A stretch of 64,000 nucleotides of DNA from Thermotogota bacterium (GCA_021161835.1 JAGGZV010000037.1:21806-85805), one strand, 5' to 3'. Shown: positions 10,253-22,036, counted from the stretch's first letter. Made by a program: numbers and translations. Notes: a model not told the origin generated them from the sequence alone.

Positions 10253-13200
10253 GTGAAAAAAGTGAAAGGACGATATTACGTGAGAGGTGAATGGGTAGAG
10301 TTAGAAGCCGATAGAGTAGCAGTAGAAAGGCTTCGTAGGGAACTCGGTGTAAGTGAATTGATGGCTTCTCTCCTTTTCAACCGCGGGTTAAAAACCCCTG
10401 AGGAGGCTTATATTTTTTTGCGTGCTGATTCCAACCTTCTACACGATCCTTTCCTGATGAAAGACATGAACGAAGCTGTAGACCTACTCCTGAAATTCAG
10501 AGACAGTTCGAGAATCATAACCATCTTCGGCGATTACGATGTTGATGGAATAACAGGTACAGTTGTACTCTACACCTTCCTCAAAAAGTACGGTTGGAAG
10601 GTAAATTACTACATTCCTGACAGAATGGATGAAGGCTACGGTTTGAACATGGAAGCGCTGGCCGAAATCCTTTCTTCCGGTTCCCGCGTCATAGTTACCG
10701 TAGATTGCGGAATAACATCCATCGAAGAAGTGGAATATGCCAAAAAGCATGGGGTCAATGTGATTATAACCGATCACCATGAGCCCCATGCCGTGATCCC
10801 GAAGGCTGAAGCGGTGGTTAATCCCAAGAGATTCGATGATGAATATCCCTTCAAAGATCTGGCAGGCGTGGGCGTTGCTTACAAACTCGTCAACGCTATT
10901 GGGAAAAGATTGGGAATAGACCAAACTACACTGGAGAAAGAGTATCTATCCTATGTAGCGATAGGAACCATTGCGGACATAGTACCGCTGGTCGGTGAAA
11001 ACAGATACATGGTGAAGAGAGGGCTGGAATATCTTGCGCAAACCGAAAATCTTGGTCTGAAAACTTTGATGAAATTCAGCGGGATAAATTCTCTGCTAAG
11101 TTCCGATATAGCCTTCAAGATAGCACCGAAACTCAATGCAGCAGGACGTATGCACAAAGCCACTCTGGCAATTGAACTGCTGCTCGCTAAAGACGAAGAA
11201 AAAGCGGTATTGCTTGCCCAGGAACTGTTGAAACACAACGCTCAGCGACAGGAAGTGGAGTTGACGATATATGAAGAAGCACGGAAAAAGATAGAAAGGG
11301 ACGAGAGCATCCGCAATGCCAAGGTAATAGTCGTTGAAGGTGAAAAGTGGCATCCAGGTGTAATCGGTATAGTAGCATCCAGACTGGTGAATGTCTACAA
11401 CAGACCCATTATCATGCTGTCCATAGATGGAAAAGAAGCACGAGGGTCTGCCAGAAGCGTAGAAGGAATAAACATCATGGATCTCCTCTCCAAAGCTTCT
11501 CACCTACTCGAGGAATTCGGTGGTCACTCCTACGCTGCAGGTGTATCGCTACCCGCATCGAAGATTGGCGAATTCAGAAAATGCATAAACGAAGCTTACG
11601 AAGAAAAGTATGGTGAATTCCTGTATGTCCCAAAGATAAAAATAGATGCGTGCATAGGTTTTGAAGCCCTGAAAGAGGAATTCTTGAAAGAACTGGAAGC
11701 GCTTCGACCATTCGGACACGGGAACCCCGAACCAATCTTCGCTTTTGAAAACCTACATGTTAAGTCACTGAAATTCACGAAGAACAACGAGCATGTCAAA
11801 CTGCTGCTTTCAGACAATCTGAAGGTTATGCCGGCCATCGGTTTCAACCTCGCGGATTCATTTAAGGACTATCTATGGGTGGACGATGGGATAAAAGTGG
11901 ATGTGGCAGCAAAAGTCAAACTGGAAGAACACAACGGTGTCAAACACGTGATATTGAACGTGGAAGATATAAAGTTCAAAGTTGATGAAAACTACATAGA
12001 GGATGTTAAAGACAGACGTTTCATGTTCGAGCTTTTGAAGAATCCGGGGTTGGTTCACGATGAAAGTTTCAGGCCAGATATAACGCAGATCGCCCCGAGG
12101 CTGCTCCAGGCCTTCAGCACCAGACTGGGATTCAAACTGGACGAAGACGACCTGGAAGAAACGGGACTCTTCCACGGTGATGCCAAGTCCAGGAAGGCTT
12201 TCATGGCGCTGGTCGCGATGAAAGAACTATCACGTGGTAATAAGATCGTAGTCGTTTCCGCCTCCAATTTACTATCGAGCGCAACCATGTGGGCTCTACA
12301 ACACTATCTCCCCAATGTGAAATGTGAATACGTGAACTCGTTGACACAACCCAGAGGAGCACAAATGGTGTATGTGACCATGCCAGCATTCCTGAAAAAT
12401 CATCGGTTCTTCGGAGATTACTCTCTGCTCATTCTGGATAAACCTGAGCTGCTGACGATGGTACCAAACGTAGCGGAGAAATTCATCGATCTCCTGAAAA
12501 AGAACAACTCCTGGAAAGTGAAAGCTGTTGTTGGTGATCACAACGATTTCGTGGATGAGATCATGAAAATACTCAACTGTAGAAGAAAGCTGATGTTGCA
12601 AACCAGGTACTCCATGGTCACCGGTATCGTAGACGAGCGAGACAGATTCGGTGGGGGACCTCAGATAATCGAATTCATCAGGAGACGCGAGAGAACATCC
12701 ATAGTAATGGCAAATTCCAAAAGCGTGATGAAACTTGTGGAAAAATTGAAAGTACACGTGTCCTCTCCCATTTTTCGAAACCTGAACTTCATCTTCTACC
12801 ATCACATGCTTAAACAAGGTCAGAAATTCAGGATCTTTCAACTCGTCGAAAAGGATAAGATCGATCTTCTTGTAACAACACCGAATAACGATGGACTTTC
12901 TTCGCTCAACGGCAAGGCAAACGTGATATTCTATGGCCCCCCGAAAAGCGTGTTTGAACTGGTCGACGCCGTTTCCACATGGTTCCCGGAATTTGAAACA
13001 CCGTTATTGTACCTGGCCTACTCCTCGGATGAAATCAGGAAAACCCGAAAGCAACTGGAAAAACTGTTCCCAACGACGAGCCGAATACGCGAATTGCTCG
13101 AAGAGACAAACTACCTGATACCCGAAGAAATCCTCAGGAATTCATCTGAAATGAGGATAATGGTGAAGATGCTCGACGAACTGGGAAAAATTTCAAGGAA

Positions 13201-13378
13201 AAACGGGATTTACAAGGTACACCCATTCCACCCGGAAGAGCTGGAACGTTCCACCAGGTGGTATGAGGGTATGTACGATCTCCAGCTAAACATGGAGATG
13301 ATAAAACTGCATTTCGATGGCAGTGTCCGAAAACTTCTCAACGTTATAAACCACTATGGAGGAGTGCACTCCTCTTGA
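10253..13378 (+). CDS. recJ: ssDNA exonuclease RecJ with a ~460-aa C-terminal extension
   Basis: GDYDVDG, TVDCG, TDHH, PKLNAAGR, GSARS, FGGH and LRPFGHGNP. Confidence 0.92.
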   Translation: MKKVKGRYYVRGEWVELEADRVAVERLRRELGVSELMASLLFNRGLKTPEEAYIFLRADSNLLHDPFLMKDMNEAVDLLLKFRDSSRIITIFGDYDVDGITGTVVLYTFLKKYGWKVNYYIPDRMDEGYGLNMEALAEILSSGSRVIVTVDCGITSIEEVEYAKKHGVNVIITDHHEPHAVIPKAEAVVNPKRFDDEYPFKDLAGVGVAYKLVNAIGKRLGIDQTTLEKEYLSYVAIGTIADIVPLVGENRYMVKRGLEYLAQTENLGLKTLMKFSGINSLLSSDIAFKIAPKLNAAGRMHKATLAIELLLAKDEEKAVLLAQELLKHNAQRQEVELTIYEEARKKIERDESIRNAKVIVVEGEKWHPGVIGIVASRLVNVYNRPIIMLSIDGKEARGSARSVEGINIMDLLSKASHLLEEFGGHSYAAGVSLPASKIGEFRKCINEAYEEKYGEFLYVPKIKIDACIGFEALKEEFLKELEALRPFGHGNPEPIFAFENLHVKSLKFTKNNEHVKLLLSDNLKVMPAIGFNLADSFKDYLWVDDGIKVDVAAKVKLEEHNGVKHVILNVEDIKFKVDENYIEDVKDRRFMFELLKNPGLVHDESFRPDITQIAPRLLQAFSTRLGFKLDEDDLEETGLFHGDAKSRKAFMALVAMKELSRGNKIVVVSASNLLSSATMWALQHYLPNVKCEYVNSLTQPRGAQMVYVTMPAFLKNHRFFGDYSLLILDKPELLTMVPNVAEKFIDLLKKNNSWKVKAVVGDHNDFVDEIMKILNCRRKLMLQTRYSMVTGIVDERDRFGGGPQIIEFIRRRERTSIVMANSKSVMKLVEKLKVHVSSPIFRNLNFIFYHHMLKQGQKFRIFQLVEKDKIDLLVTTPNNDGLSSLNGKANVIFYGPPKSVFELVDAVSTWFPEFETPLLYLAYSSDEIRKTRKQLEKLFPTTSRIRELLEETNYLIPEEILRNSSEMRIMVKMLDELGKISRKNGIYKVHPFHPEELERSTRWYEGMYDLQLNMEMIKLHFDGSVRKLLNVINHYGGVHSS

Positions 13379-14103
13379 GAAAGCTTCTGGTACTCGACGT
13401 GGGGGAAAAAAGAACAGGATATGCAATAGGTTATCATCACATATCCGTTCCCCAAGAAACAGGGGTTATCACAAACACAGAACGAATATCGGAGCTCGTA
13501 AAAGAATGCGATATTGTGGTTGTTGGTCTTCCAATAAGTTTGGGCGGTAGATTCGGTGATGCAGTTGTTAGAACGCTTGAATGGGTTTCAAAGCATCTCA
13601 GTATGTACGAAAACGTAGAAATATACCTTGTGGATGAACGTCTCACCTCATCCCAGAGTGAGAAGATACTCCTGGAAAGCGGGATGAAAAGAAAGAGACG
13701 CCGGGTGGTTTCCAATGCTGTCAGCGCTTTCCTTCTGTACGATGTATTTGTTCGCGGATCGCCACGAAGGTGGAAATTCAAACGGAACTTCGAACTCGAC
13801 GAGGTTCAACTGGATACCCTTAAACCAGAGTGGAGTAAAATACTCATCTGGAATGTCCCCATCGTGTTGAAAAACGTTCCGGAGGAAAGATGCATATATT
13901 TTACCGACGATCCACAGATCGCCTGGAAATTAAGAAAGACCGGATACTCCGTTTACAACCTTGTGGAAGACATCAGAAAAATTGAACCCTTCGATGTGAT
14001 GATCGTCGAAGAAAACCGGGATATTTTTCCTTCTATGAAGGTCGAGGAGGTATATACACTTCATGGAGGAAGTCATAAAGATAAAAGGAGCAAGGGTTCA
14101 TAA
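13375..14103 (+). CDS. ruvX: YqgF/RuvX family nuclease with a C-terminal extension
   Basis: [16 protein letters not shown] and DERLTS motifs. Confidence 0.85.
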   Translation: MRKLLVLDVGEKRTGYAIGYHHISVPQETGVITNTERISELVKECDIVVVGLPISLGGRFGDAVVRTLEWVSKHLSMYENVEIYLVDERLTSSQSEKILLESGMKRKRRRVVSNAVSAFLLYDVFVRGSPRRWKFKRNFELDEVQLDTLKPEWSKILIWNVPIVLKNVPEERCIYFTDDPQIAWKLRKTGYSVYNLVEDIRKIEPFDVMIVEENRDIFPSMKVEEVYTLHGGSHKDKRSKGS

Positions 14104-16891
14104 TCTCAAGAACATAGATGTTACCATACCGAAATACAAGTTCGTGGTCATAACGGGCGTATCCGGCTCCGGTAAATCTTCTCTCGCTCTGGACACCATA
14201 TATGCGGAAGGACAACGCAAATATCTTGAATCGTTGTCCTCGTATGCGAGACAGTTTCTGGGTGAGTTGAAGAAACCCGATGTAGACTCCATAGAAGGAC
14301 TATCACCTGCCATTGCAATCGAACAGAAAACGGTTTCTCACAATCCTCGCTCGACCGTGGGAACGGTCACAGAGATCCACGATTATTTACGCGTATTGTA
14401 CGCGAAAATAGGAATACCCCACTGTCCTAAATGTGGCCGGGAACTCACAAGGTCCTCTCCACAGGAAATGGCAGACATCATAATGAAGAACTGGCCTGAT
14501 GCGCGTGTTATGATACTTGCGCCCATTGCACAGGAAAAAAAAGGAGAATTCAAAGACGTCTTCGATGCTCTATTGCGAAGAGGATTCATACGTGTCGAAG
14601 TGGATGGAGAGATACTCCGATTGGATGAACAGATAAAGCTCGATAAGAATAAAAGACATACCATAAGAATAGTCATAGACAGATTACGCACGAAACGTGA
14701 GAATTATTCCAGACTTTTCGAATCGCTGGAGGTGGGGCTCAGAGAAGGAGACGGAATAGTACACGTTGAAAATGTCGACACCAATGAAAAGAAAATATTC
14801 AGCGAACATCTCGCCTGTCCCGTATGTGGCATTGGTTTTCCCGAAATAACTCCAAAACTTTTCTCCTTCAACAGCCCCTACGGAGCATGTCCGGCATGTC
14901 ACGGTCTGGGGTTCAAACAGGAAGTGGATCCTAAAAGGGTCGTGGATGAAGAGCTTTCCATACTCGATGGAGCCCTTCCCGACCTTGGTAGTTACATGTT
15001 CGCAACCATTCTGAATCTGGTAAGAAACCTTGGTGGAAACCCATCGATACCTTTCAAACAACTGCCTCAACACATAAAGGATGCGATACTCTACGGAACC
15101 ACCAGACGTTTGAAATACAACTATGTTGCGGAGAACTCCCGATACACCGTGTACAAGGAATTTGAGGGGATAATACCTTACCTGAAAAGGCGACATGCCG
15201 AGACCTCGTCGGAAGATATAAGAGAGTGGATAGAGCGCGAATTCATGGTGAATCTTCCCTGCGAACGTTGCGGTGGAAAGCGTCTTCGCGAAGAGGCACT
15301 TGCCGTGAAAATTGGTGGCGTGGATATCATAGAGCTATCGGACATGCCGGTTAAAAAAATCGTACCTTTTCTGAAAAACCTGGATTTACCGCCGAAACAG
15401 CGCGAGATAGTGGGAGATCTCCTCAACGAAATAATCAGGCGTCTGGAATTTCTCATGGATGTTGGTCTGGATTATATAACACTATCGAGAGCAGCCAACA
15501 CACTTTCAGGTGGTGAAGCACAGAGAATACGTCTGGCCACACAGATAGGCTCAGGGCTCACCAACGTTATATATGTGCTTGACGAACCCACCATAGGTTT
15601 ACACGAGCGGGATAACTGGCGTTTGATAAAAACCCTAGAAAAACTGAGGGATCTCGGGAACACCATAATAGTGGTGGAACATGATGAATACATCATAAAG
15701 AGTTCCGATCACATCATAGATCTTGGACCAGGAGCCGGTGTACACGGTGGCAGGGTTGTATTCACCGGTCCTCCGGAACAGCTGATGAAAGAACCGGGTA
15801 GATCTCTCACAGGCCAGTATCTTTCGGGTGAGAAGATGATACCTGTACCCGAGCGTAGACGCCCTGGAAACGGCAAGGAGATAGTGATAAAAGGGGTTAG
15901 ACAGAACAACCTGAAATCCATAGACGTTCGTTTTCCGTTGGGTACCTTCATATGCGTTACGGGGGTATCCGGATCGGGCAAATCTTCCCTGGTGGTAGAC
16001 ACTCTTTACCCAGCCTTGCGCAACAGAGTACACAGAACGCGCATGCCCGAGGGCGAGTATGACGATATAGAAGGCGTGGAAAACATAGACAAAGTGGTGA
16101 TGATCGATCAATCCCCCATAGGTCGAACCCCACGAAGCAATCCTGCAACTTATACTGGTGTGTTCGACCACATAAGAGAAATTTTCGCGATGACACCTGA
16201 AGCCAGGGCACGTGGTTACAAGAAAGGCCGGTTCAGTTTTAACGTGAAAGGCGGGAGATGTGAGGCATGTCAGGGCCACGGTGTGGTCAAGATAGAGATG
16301 CAACTGTTGCCTCCTGTTTACGTGGAGTGTGAGGTGTGCAAAGGAAAACGTTACAATTCCCAGACTCTGGAGGTTACCTACAAAGGGAAGAACATAGCAG
16401 ATGTGCTCAACATGACCGTTGATGAAGCCCTTGAATTTTTCGAAAACATTCCCATAATAAAAAGAATTTTGCAGGTTCTCAAAGATGTGGGATTGGGTTA
16501 CATCAAGCTGGGGCAACCCGCCACCACTCTATCCGGAGGAGAAGCCCAGAGGATAAAACTTGCCGCCGAATTGAAGCGGAGAGCAACGGGTCAAACGTTT
16601 TACATCATGGATGAACCCACTACCGGTTTGCATTTTGATGATGTGAACAAGCTGGTGGCGGTCATTCATAGACTCGTTGACATGGGTAACACAGTGGTGG
16701 TCATAGAACACAACATGGATGTGATCAAGAATGCCGATTATATCATAGATCTGGGACCAGAGGGAGGAGAAGACGGGGGTCGTATAGTGGCCACAGGTAC
16801 CCCCGAGGAAATAGCGCAAAACGAATTGTCGTACACCGGACGATTTCTTAGAAAACATCTGAAAGCTCGCCAAACCGTTCAATCACTGTGA
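14063..16891 (+). CDS. uvrA: Excinuclease ABC subunit A
   Basis: Two GVSGSGKSS Walker A motifs, two LSGGEAQR signatures and zinc fingers. Confidence 0.98.
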   Translation: MEEVIKIKGARVHNLKNIDVTIPKYKFVVITGVSGSGKSSLALDTIYAEGQRKYLESLSSYARQFLGELKKPDVDSIEGLSPAIAIEQKTVSHNPRSTVGTVTEIHDYLRVLYAKIGIPHCPKCGRELTRSSPQEMADIIMKNWPDARVMILAPIAQEKKGEFKDVFDALLRRGFIRVEVDGEILRLDEQIKLDKNKRHTIRIVIDRLRTKRENYSRLFESLEVGLREGDGIVHVENVDTNEKKIFSEHLACPVCGIGFPEITPKLFSFNSPYGACPACHGLGFKQEVDPKRVVDEELSILDGALPDLGSYMFATILNLVRNLGGNPSIPFKQLPQHIKDAILYGTTRRLKYNYVAENSRYTVYKEFEGIIPYLKRRHAETSSEDIREWIEREFMVNLPCERCGGKRLREEALAVKIGGVDIIELSDMPVKKIVPFLKNLDLPPKQREIVGDLLNEIIRRLEFLMDVGLDYITLSRAANTLSGGEAQRIRLATQIGSGLTNVIYVLDEPTIGLHERDNWRLIKTLEKLRDLGNTIIVVEHDEYIIKSSDHIIDLGPGAGVHGGRVVFTGPPEQLMKEPGRSLTGQYLSGEKMIPVPERRRPGNGKEIVIKGVRQNNLKSIDVRFPLGTFICVTGVSGSGKSSLVVDTLYPALRNRVHRTRMPEGEYDDIEGVENIDKVVMIDQSPIGRTPRSNPATYTGVFDHIREIFAMTPEARARGYKKGRFSFNVKGGRCEACQGHGVVKIEMQLLPPVYVECEVCKGKRYNSQTLEVTYKGKNIADVLNMTVDEALEFFENIPIIKRILQVLKDVGLGYIKLGQPATTLSGGEAQRIKLAAELKRRATGQTFYIMDEPTTGLHFDDVNKLVAVIHRLVDMGNTVVVIEHNMDVIKNADYIIDLGPEGGEDGGRIVATGTPEEIAQNELSYTGRFLRKHLKARQTVQSL

Positions 16892-17337
16892 ATCACAAGA
16901 TAAATTTTCAGATCCTTACCAGCCACTTTCGATGGGAGACAGAGTATGACCCCTTCACAATGAACGTTTATGTTGTTACCGGTGATAACCGATGGAGGAG
17001 CGATGGTTATCTTCTTGCCTATCTTCTCCAGATTCATCGCCAGGGATCCCCCAACCATGTTACCCAGCTCCCCCACCGCACTCAGTGCCAGTGCATCCAG
17101 CTGATTGTAAGGCATACCCATCATCTTCGATACGATCAACAGGCCCGTATCATCGTCGATACTGTACACCAGATTGCCTTTTATGTCACCTGTGAACCCT
17201 ATCACCGTGTATACACTGTGCTCCCTATCAAGGTCGTTCACTATAGAGGGTTTCCCCACTGAAACCTCCAAACTGGCCGCTTTTTTGAAAGTTTCAACGA
17301 CGCTCTTCAATAAGGCGTTCACCACTCTTGCATCCAT
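16879..17337 (-). CDS. cheX: Chemotaxis phosphatase CheX
   Basis: [21 protein letters not shown] (ExxN) and IAPPSVI. Confidence 0.9.
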   Translation of the reverse strand: MDARVVNALLKSVVETFKKAASLEVSVGKPSIVNDLDREHSVYTVIGFTGDIKGNLVYSIDDDTGLLIVSKMMGMPYNQLDALALSAVGELGNMVGGSLAMNLEKIGKKITIAPPSVITGNNINVHCEGVILCLPSKVAGKDLKIYLVIHSD

Positions 17338-17497
17338 GAATTTTACCTCCCTGTTACGTTGTGAGCTTCATCCTAGTATATCACAAGAAATCTATACAGT
17401 GTAAAACTACTTCGAGGTATTCATGAAAAAGGTGAAACGATAAGAAAAACAGCATTTCATCACATTTTTCGCTTCTCGACAAGAAACCGAGGATACA

Positions 17498-17523
17498 CAT
17501 GTTAAAATTCATCATGTTAAAAT
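17498..17523 (+). promoter_or_regulatory. Tandem CATGTTAAAAT repeat (extended -10-like) upstream of pit
   Basis: Exact 11-mer at 17498 and 17513, ending 37 nt before the start codon. Confidence 0.45.
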
Positions 17524-17560
17524 AGAGATTACAGCTGCCAGAGTCCTGGAGGGATCGAAA

Positions 17561-18484
17561 TTGGAAATCATACTTTATTTTCCAGGTATATTCATGGGGT
17601 GGGCGCTGGGCGCGAATGACGCAGCCAACGTTTTCGGTACAGCGGTTGCCAATTCCATGGTGCGCTTCAGAACGGCGGCCATACTCTCTTCCATCTTCAT
17701 AACCATCGGAGCCATTCTGGAAGGTTACAGAGGAATAGAAACTATCTCCTCTATATCCTCTCAGTCCCTTGTGAGTGCCTCCATTTCCATGCTGGCCGCC
17801 GCTATATCCGTAACACTCATGACGAGATTGGGGATCCCTGTATCCACGTCACAGGCGGTTGTGGGTTCCATAATAGGTATAGGATTACTCAGGAACGATG
17901 TGAACTGGGGAATCCTCCTCAAAGTTTTCATATGCTGGATAGCTACGCCCATAGCAGCCATTGGGATAGGATTCCTTGCTTACAGAGTGGGATCACATTT
18001 CTTCAGAAAAATAAAATCCATTCAGAAACAGGACATGGTTCTTAAGGTTGGCGCCATACTATTTGGTATATACGGAAGTTATGCGCTTGGAGCCAACAAC
18101 GTGGCAAACGTCTCGGGTGTCTTCGGTGACATACTGGGTCCTCGTATGGCGGCACTGGTAGGCGGGCTCAGCATATCCCTGGGTGTTGCCACTTACAGCA
18201 AGCGTGTCATGATGACCGTTGGAAAGAAGATAATAGAACTCGATAACTTTTCCGCCGTGGTAGCGGTGTTTTCAGAATCCCTCGTCGTGTGGTTGTTTGC
18301 TCTCGTGGGTGTCCCCGTCTCCACTTCGCAAGCTATAGTTGGAGGAGTGGTGGGAGCTGGGATGGCAAGAGGAACAGCGATGGTTAACAGACGCGAAGTG
18401 AGCAGAATAGTATTTGGATGGCTCGGTACACCTGCCATATCATGCCTGGTTGCTGTACCGCTGTACCTGATACTGGTAAGGTGA
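17561..18484 (+). CDS. PiT-family inorganic phosphate transporter
   Basis: GANDAAN and GANNVAN signatures, and two PVSTSQA repeats. Confidence 0.92.
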   Translation: MEIILYFPGIFMGWALGANDAANVFGTAVANSMVRFRTAAILSSIFITIGAILEGYRGIETISSISSQSLVSASISMLAAAISVTLMTRLGIPVSTSQAVVGSIIGIGLLRNDVNWGILLKVFICWIATPIAAIGIGFLAYRVGSHFFRKIKSIQKQDMVLKVGAILFGIYGSYALGANNVANVSGVFGDILGPRMAALVGGLSISLGVATYSKRVMMTVGKKIIELDNFSAVVAVFSESLVVWLFALVGVPVSTSQAIVGGVVGAGMARGTAMVNRREVSRIVFGWLGTPAISCLVAVPLYLILVR

Positions 18485-19141
18485 GTGAAGATGCTGATAT
18501 TGGGTTTCGACACGTCCACCTCCTTCATGGTTGCCGCCGCAGGAAATACTGAAAAATTTGCAGAGATTACCGTTCGCCCACAGAAACGGCATGATGAATT
18601 GTTGCTGGCAACACTTGAACACCTCCTTCAATGTATGGGAAAGAGTTTCGATGCTATAGAATACATCGCCGTGGGAGTTGGACCAGGCAGTTTTACAGGC
18701 ATCAGGGTAGCCATGGCAACAGCCATGGGGATCATGGAAGCCTTGCATGTACCAGCGATAACGTTCAACACCTTCGAACTCCTCATATCTCATCTTCAGG
18801 AGAAAACTGGTGTTGTGGCCATACCTGCAAGACGTGGTTACGTTTACATTAGCAACTATGTGCGGGGCAAACAACAGGGAAAACCGGAGTTTTTGGAGGT
18901 TGAAAAACTGGCTTTACGTTTGAGTGAAGGAATGTACAATGATAAAACTCTTATGGGTATGGGATGGTATCAGCTGGAAAATCCTCCATTGAATGTTCTG
19001 AACGTGATACCCAGAGGTTATAAAATTATAGAACTCGCCACAGAAAAGATAAAGAGAGGTGAAAAGATTGACGAGCCTTCAGGATTGACGCCTCTCTATC
19101 TGGAACGGCCCATTGCGGAAATCAGATCTGCATCCTCATGA
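18485..19141 (+). CDS. tsaB: tRNA t6A biosynthesis protein TsaB
   Basis: [20 protein letters not shown] and C-terminal PLYL. Confidence 0.92.
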   Translation: MKMLILGFDTSTSFMVAAAGNTEKFAEITVRPQKRHDELLLATLEHLLQCMGKSFDAIEYIAVGVGPGSFTGIRVAMATAMGIMEALHVPAITFNTFELLISHLQEKTGVVAIPARRGYVYISNYVRGKQQGKPEFLEVEKLALRLSEGMYNDKTLMGMGWYQLENPPLNVLNVIPRGYKIIELATEKIKRGEKIDEPSGLTPLYLERPIAEIRSASS

Positions 19142-19415
19142 TATCTCTGTAGGCTTCAACTATCCTGTTTCTCACTTCCGCGGTCAACCGCAACATCATG
19201 GTGGCCTTCTCGGCTTTCAGTATGACCTCATGAATACTACTTATCTTACCCGCCGCAAAATCTATAGCTGCCTTCTGGGCTTCCTTCTGTGATTCGTTCA
19301 CCTTATCTATTGCCTCCACAAGCAATTCTTTAAAGCCTTTTCCTTCCTTCCCCCTTTCGATCTTCGTGATCTTACTAACACCTTCATTACCAATGGGTTG
19401 AATGCGTTCTATCAT
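19122..19415 (-). CDS. fliE: Flagellar hook-basal body protein FliE
   Basis: [19 protein letters not shown]-terminus; follows flgC. Confidence 0.93.
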   Translation of the reverse strand: MIERIQPIGNEGVSKITKIERGKEGKGFKELLVEAIDKVNESQKEAQKAAIDFAAGKISSIHEVILKAEKATMMLRLTAEVRNRIVEAYRDIMRMQI

Positions 19416-19418
19416 TCA

Positions 19419-19841
19419 TCAACCCCTCCTTCCTATGTCGAGAGCGGCATTCACCATGGATTTTGTGGCGTTTATGGCTGCGACATTGGCTTCATATGCT
19501 CTCTGAGCGCTTATCAAATCTACCATCTCCCTCAATACGTTTACATTTGGCATACGTACATAACCGTTCTGGTCGGCGTCGGGATGGCTGGGATCATACA
19601 CCAATCTGAACGGTGAAGGATCTTCCTCGATCCGCACCACCTTCACGCCCCTGAGTTTGTAACCCGCTCTGGCCATTTCAAGATACTCGGCGAATATGGG
19701 TATTTTCCTGCGATATGGCTCTCCACGGGGAGTACGGGTAGTTTCGGCATTGGCGATGTTGTCGGCGATGACATCTATTCGCAACCGTTGAGCTGTCAAC
19801 CCTGTCGCACTTATAGACATTATATCAAATTCAGATATCAT
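19419..19841 (-). CDS. flgC: Flagellar rod protein FlgC
   Basis: NIANAETTRT, YDPSHPDA and GYVRMPNVN. Confidence 0.95.
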   Translation of the reverse strand: MISEFDIMSISATGLTAQRLRIDVIADNIANAETTRTPRGEPYRRKIPIFAEYLEMARAGYKLRGVKVVRIEEDPSPFRLVYDPSHPDADQNGYVRMPNVNVLREMVDLISAQRAYEANVAAINATKSMVNAALDIGRRG

Positions 19842-19842
19842 C

Positions 19843-20244
19843 TCATCTTAACCCCCTAAGAACCACATTGTACCTCTCTATTTTTCTCGACAGGAGAGAT
19901 GAAAGTACTTGATATCTTATGGTATTCTTTGCCAGCGCCACCATTTCCCTGTCGACGTCCACATTATTACCATCGTTTCTAAAGGTGGTTGTTCTATCCA
20001 CCTTCACCTCGGACCTCACGATCTCATAATTCGGGAGATGGCGTGGATCGGTACGTTTCAATCTGATTTTCCGTGGATAAATCGCTTCCTGCAGATATCT
20101 CTCAAATTCAACATAACGTCTTTTATAACCTGGCGTCTCCACGTTGGCCAGATTGTGGGATATCAGCTTGTGTCTTAGCATCGTAACATCCAGACAGGTT
20201 TCCAGAATGCGAAAGTCCAGTTCGAACAATCCTGCCACCTCCAC
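19843..20244 (-). CDS. flgB: Flagellar rod protein FlgB
   Basis: NLANVETPGYK and DGNNVDVDREM. Confidence 0.95.
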   Translation of the reverse strand: MEVAGLFELDFRILETCLDVTMLRHKLISHNLANVETPGYKRRYVEFERYLQEAIYPRKIRLKRTDPRHLPNYEIVRSEVKVDRTTTFRNDGNNVDVDREMVALAKNTIRYQVLSSLLSRKIERYNVVLRGLR

Positions 20245-20283
20245 TACTGTATTTCTACACCGGATTCATTTACTCCTAAAGTA

Positions 20284-20685
20284 TCATGTGTTCAAATCCT
20301 TCGTCCCGAATCCCATGGGTAACAGAGCCTCAACGCTGGTTCTTATCACCTGGGTACCATCGCAGATCAGATAAACTTCGAAATTCCCAAATTCCGCCAT
20401 GAATTGACGACACGCTCCACATGGGGACACCGGTTTTTCTCCTTCACAATATATCACCATGACTTCAAATTTTCTTTCCCCTGCGGCAACCGCCGTTGAA
20501 ATTGCAACCCTTTCGGCGCATATGGTCAATCCATAAGATGCATTTTCAACGTTCGTACCAACGTAAATCTTCCCGGAACTGGTGAGAAGGGCTGCACCAA
20601 CCCTGAAACGTGAATAAGGGCTATACGAGTTCCTAGCCACTTCACGCGCTCGATGGTAGAGCTCTTTCAAATTCACCTCACTCAC
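20284..20685 (-). CDS. cdd: Cytidine deaminase
   Basis: PYSRFRVGAA, NVENASYG, CAE and PCGACRQ. Confidence 0.95.
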   Translation of the reverse strand: MSEVNLKELYHRAREVARNSYSPYSRFRVGAALLTSSGKIYVGTNVENASYGLTICAERVAISTAVAAGERKFEVMVIYCEGEKPVSPCGACRQFMAEFGNFEVYLICDGTQVIRTSVEALLPMGFGTKDLNT

Positions 20686-22003
20686 TTTCCTTCAATACCT
20701 CCATTCTCACCCTATCTATTCTGTTCCTGGTAGCAGCTAAGATCTTGAATCTGAAACCGTTGACTTCCACCTCTTCTCCCACTTTCGGAAATCTTTCGAA
20801 AACTTCCAACAGATAACCTGCGAGCGTTTCGAACTCCGTCTTCGGAAACTCTATTCCCAACTCGCGTTCCAGATCGTTTATGGGTATGGAAGCGTCAACG
20901 ATGTACACTCCTTCTTTCAATTTCAGAAGAGTGGGCTCTTCCTCTTCTTCATCGTACTCATCGAATATCTGGCCGGTGAGTTCCTCTATTATGTCCTCCA
21001 TGGTGACAAGACCGGCAGTGCCTCCAAACTCATCCACAACTATGGCTATGTGAACTTTCCTGGTCCTGAATTCCCGCATGAGATCATCGATCTTCATGGT
21101 CTCCGGTATGAACAACGGTTCTCTCATTATTTCTCGAACCTTTGTATCTTTCAGCGATCCTACCCCATCCCTTTCTATGACTTTGAACACGTCTTTTGCG
21201 TAACAAACACCGAGTATATTGTCTATGTTGTCTTCGTACACGGGTATACGCGAATATCCTTCTTCGTTAACTATGTCCACGAGCTCCCTCAAAGTTTGGT
21301 CTGCCTCCACACAAACCATGTCCACACGAGGCGTCATGATCTCCTTAACGGATGTATCCCTCATCATAAGGGTTCCCTTGAGCATATTCCTCTGCTCCAG
21401 CTCTATTACTCCCACTTCATGCCCCACTTCCAAGGTCTTCATGATGTAATCTTCCGAAAGTATGGGTACCTCATCTGCGGTGTTACCACCAACCAATCTT
21501 ATCAATACGTTCGAGAGTTTGAGCAATCCCCAGCTCATGGGTTTCATCAACCATCCTACTGTGGTCAACAACGGTTTCGTTTTACGTAGAAAAGCCTCAG
21601 ATCTGTTGCGTGCGTATACTTTAGGTGTTATCTCACCAAAGATGACTATAAGAATCGTCATGATCAGGGTGGTTATACCTGCCGTGATACCCTCTCCCAC
21701 AGGGAAAAAGCGTATAACCAGCAGGGTAGCCACAGAGGTAGCCAAGATATTCACGGTGTTGTTGGCAACCAGAATGGTCGTCAACATTCTGTTGGATCTG
21801 TGAATCAGGGAACGAATCTTGTCTTTCTCCTTCCCTTCTTTCTTCGTCAGGATGTCTTTAAGTTCATGAATCCCTAAAGAAGTGAGGGCGGTCTCCGACC
21901 CGGAAAACAGAGCAGATAAGAAGAGGAGCAACACGAGGAGCAGGAGGAAACCCAGTGCCTCTCCACTACTCAGAGGATCAGTGCTTTCCACCTTCCAGTA
22001 CAC
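20678..22003 (-). CDS. CNNM/CBS/CorC-domain Mg2+/Co2+ transport protein (hemolysin family)
   Basis: FSGSETA, FGEITPK, CBS pair (SRIPVY, VDEFGGTAGLVT) and CorC domain. The true start may be GTG 21991. Confidence 0.9.
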   Translation of the reverse strand: MYWKVESTDPLSSGEALGFLLLLVLLLFLSALFSGSETALTSLGIHELKDILTKKEGKEKDKIRSLIHRSNRMLTTILVANNTVNILATSVATLLVIRFFPVGEGITAGITTLIMTILIVIFGEITPKVYARNRSEAFLRKTKPLLTTVGWLMKPMSWGLLKLSNVLIRLVGGNTADEVPILSEDYIMKTLEVGHEVGVIELEQRNMLKGTLMMRDTSVKEIMTPRVDMVCVEADQTLRELVDIVNEEGYSRIPVYEDNIDNILGVCYAKDVFKVIERDGVGSLKDTKVREIMREPLFIPETMKIDDLMREFRTRKVHIAIVVDEFGGTAGLVTMEDIIEELTGQIFDEYDEEEEEPTLLKLKEGVYIVDASIPINDLERELGIEFPKTEFETLAGYLLEVFERFPKVGEEVEVNGFRFKILAATRNRIDRVRMEVLKESE

Positions 22004-22036
22004 ACCTCCTAACCGACGAGTTCACCTTACAATAAG

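Noticed and set aside
15635..16516. Long antisense ORFs (293 aa here; also 39154-39954 and 2672-3391)
   Set aside because: They are shadows of well-supported genes on the opposite strand and carry no recognisable motifs.
17359..17386. TTGTGA-N16-TCACAA inverted repeat upstream of cheX as a Rex operator
   Set aside because: Rex half-sites are separated by about 6 nt; here the spacer is 16, and a 6-bp match could be chance.
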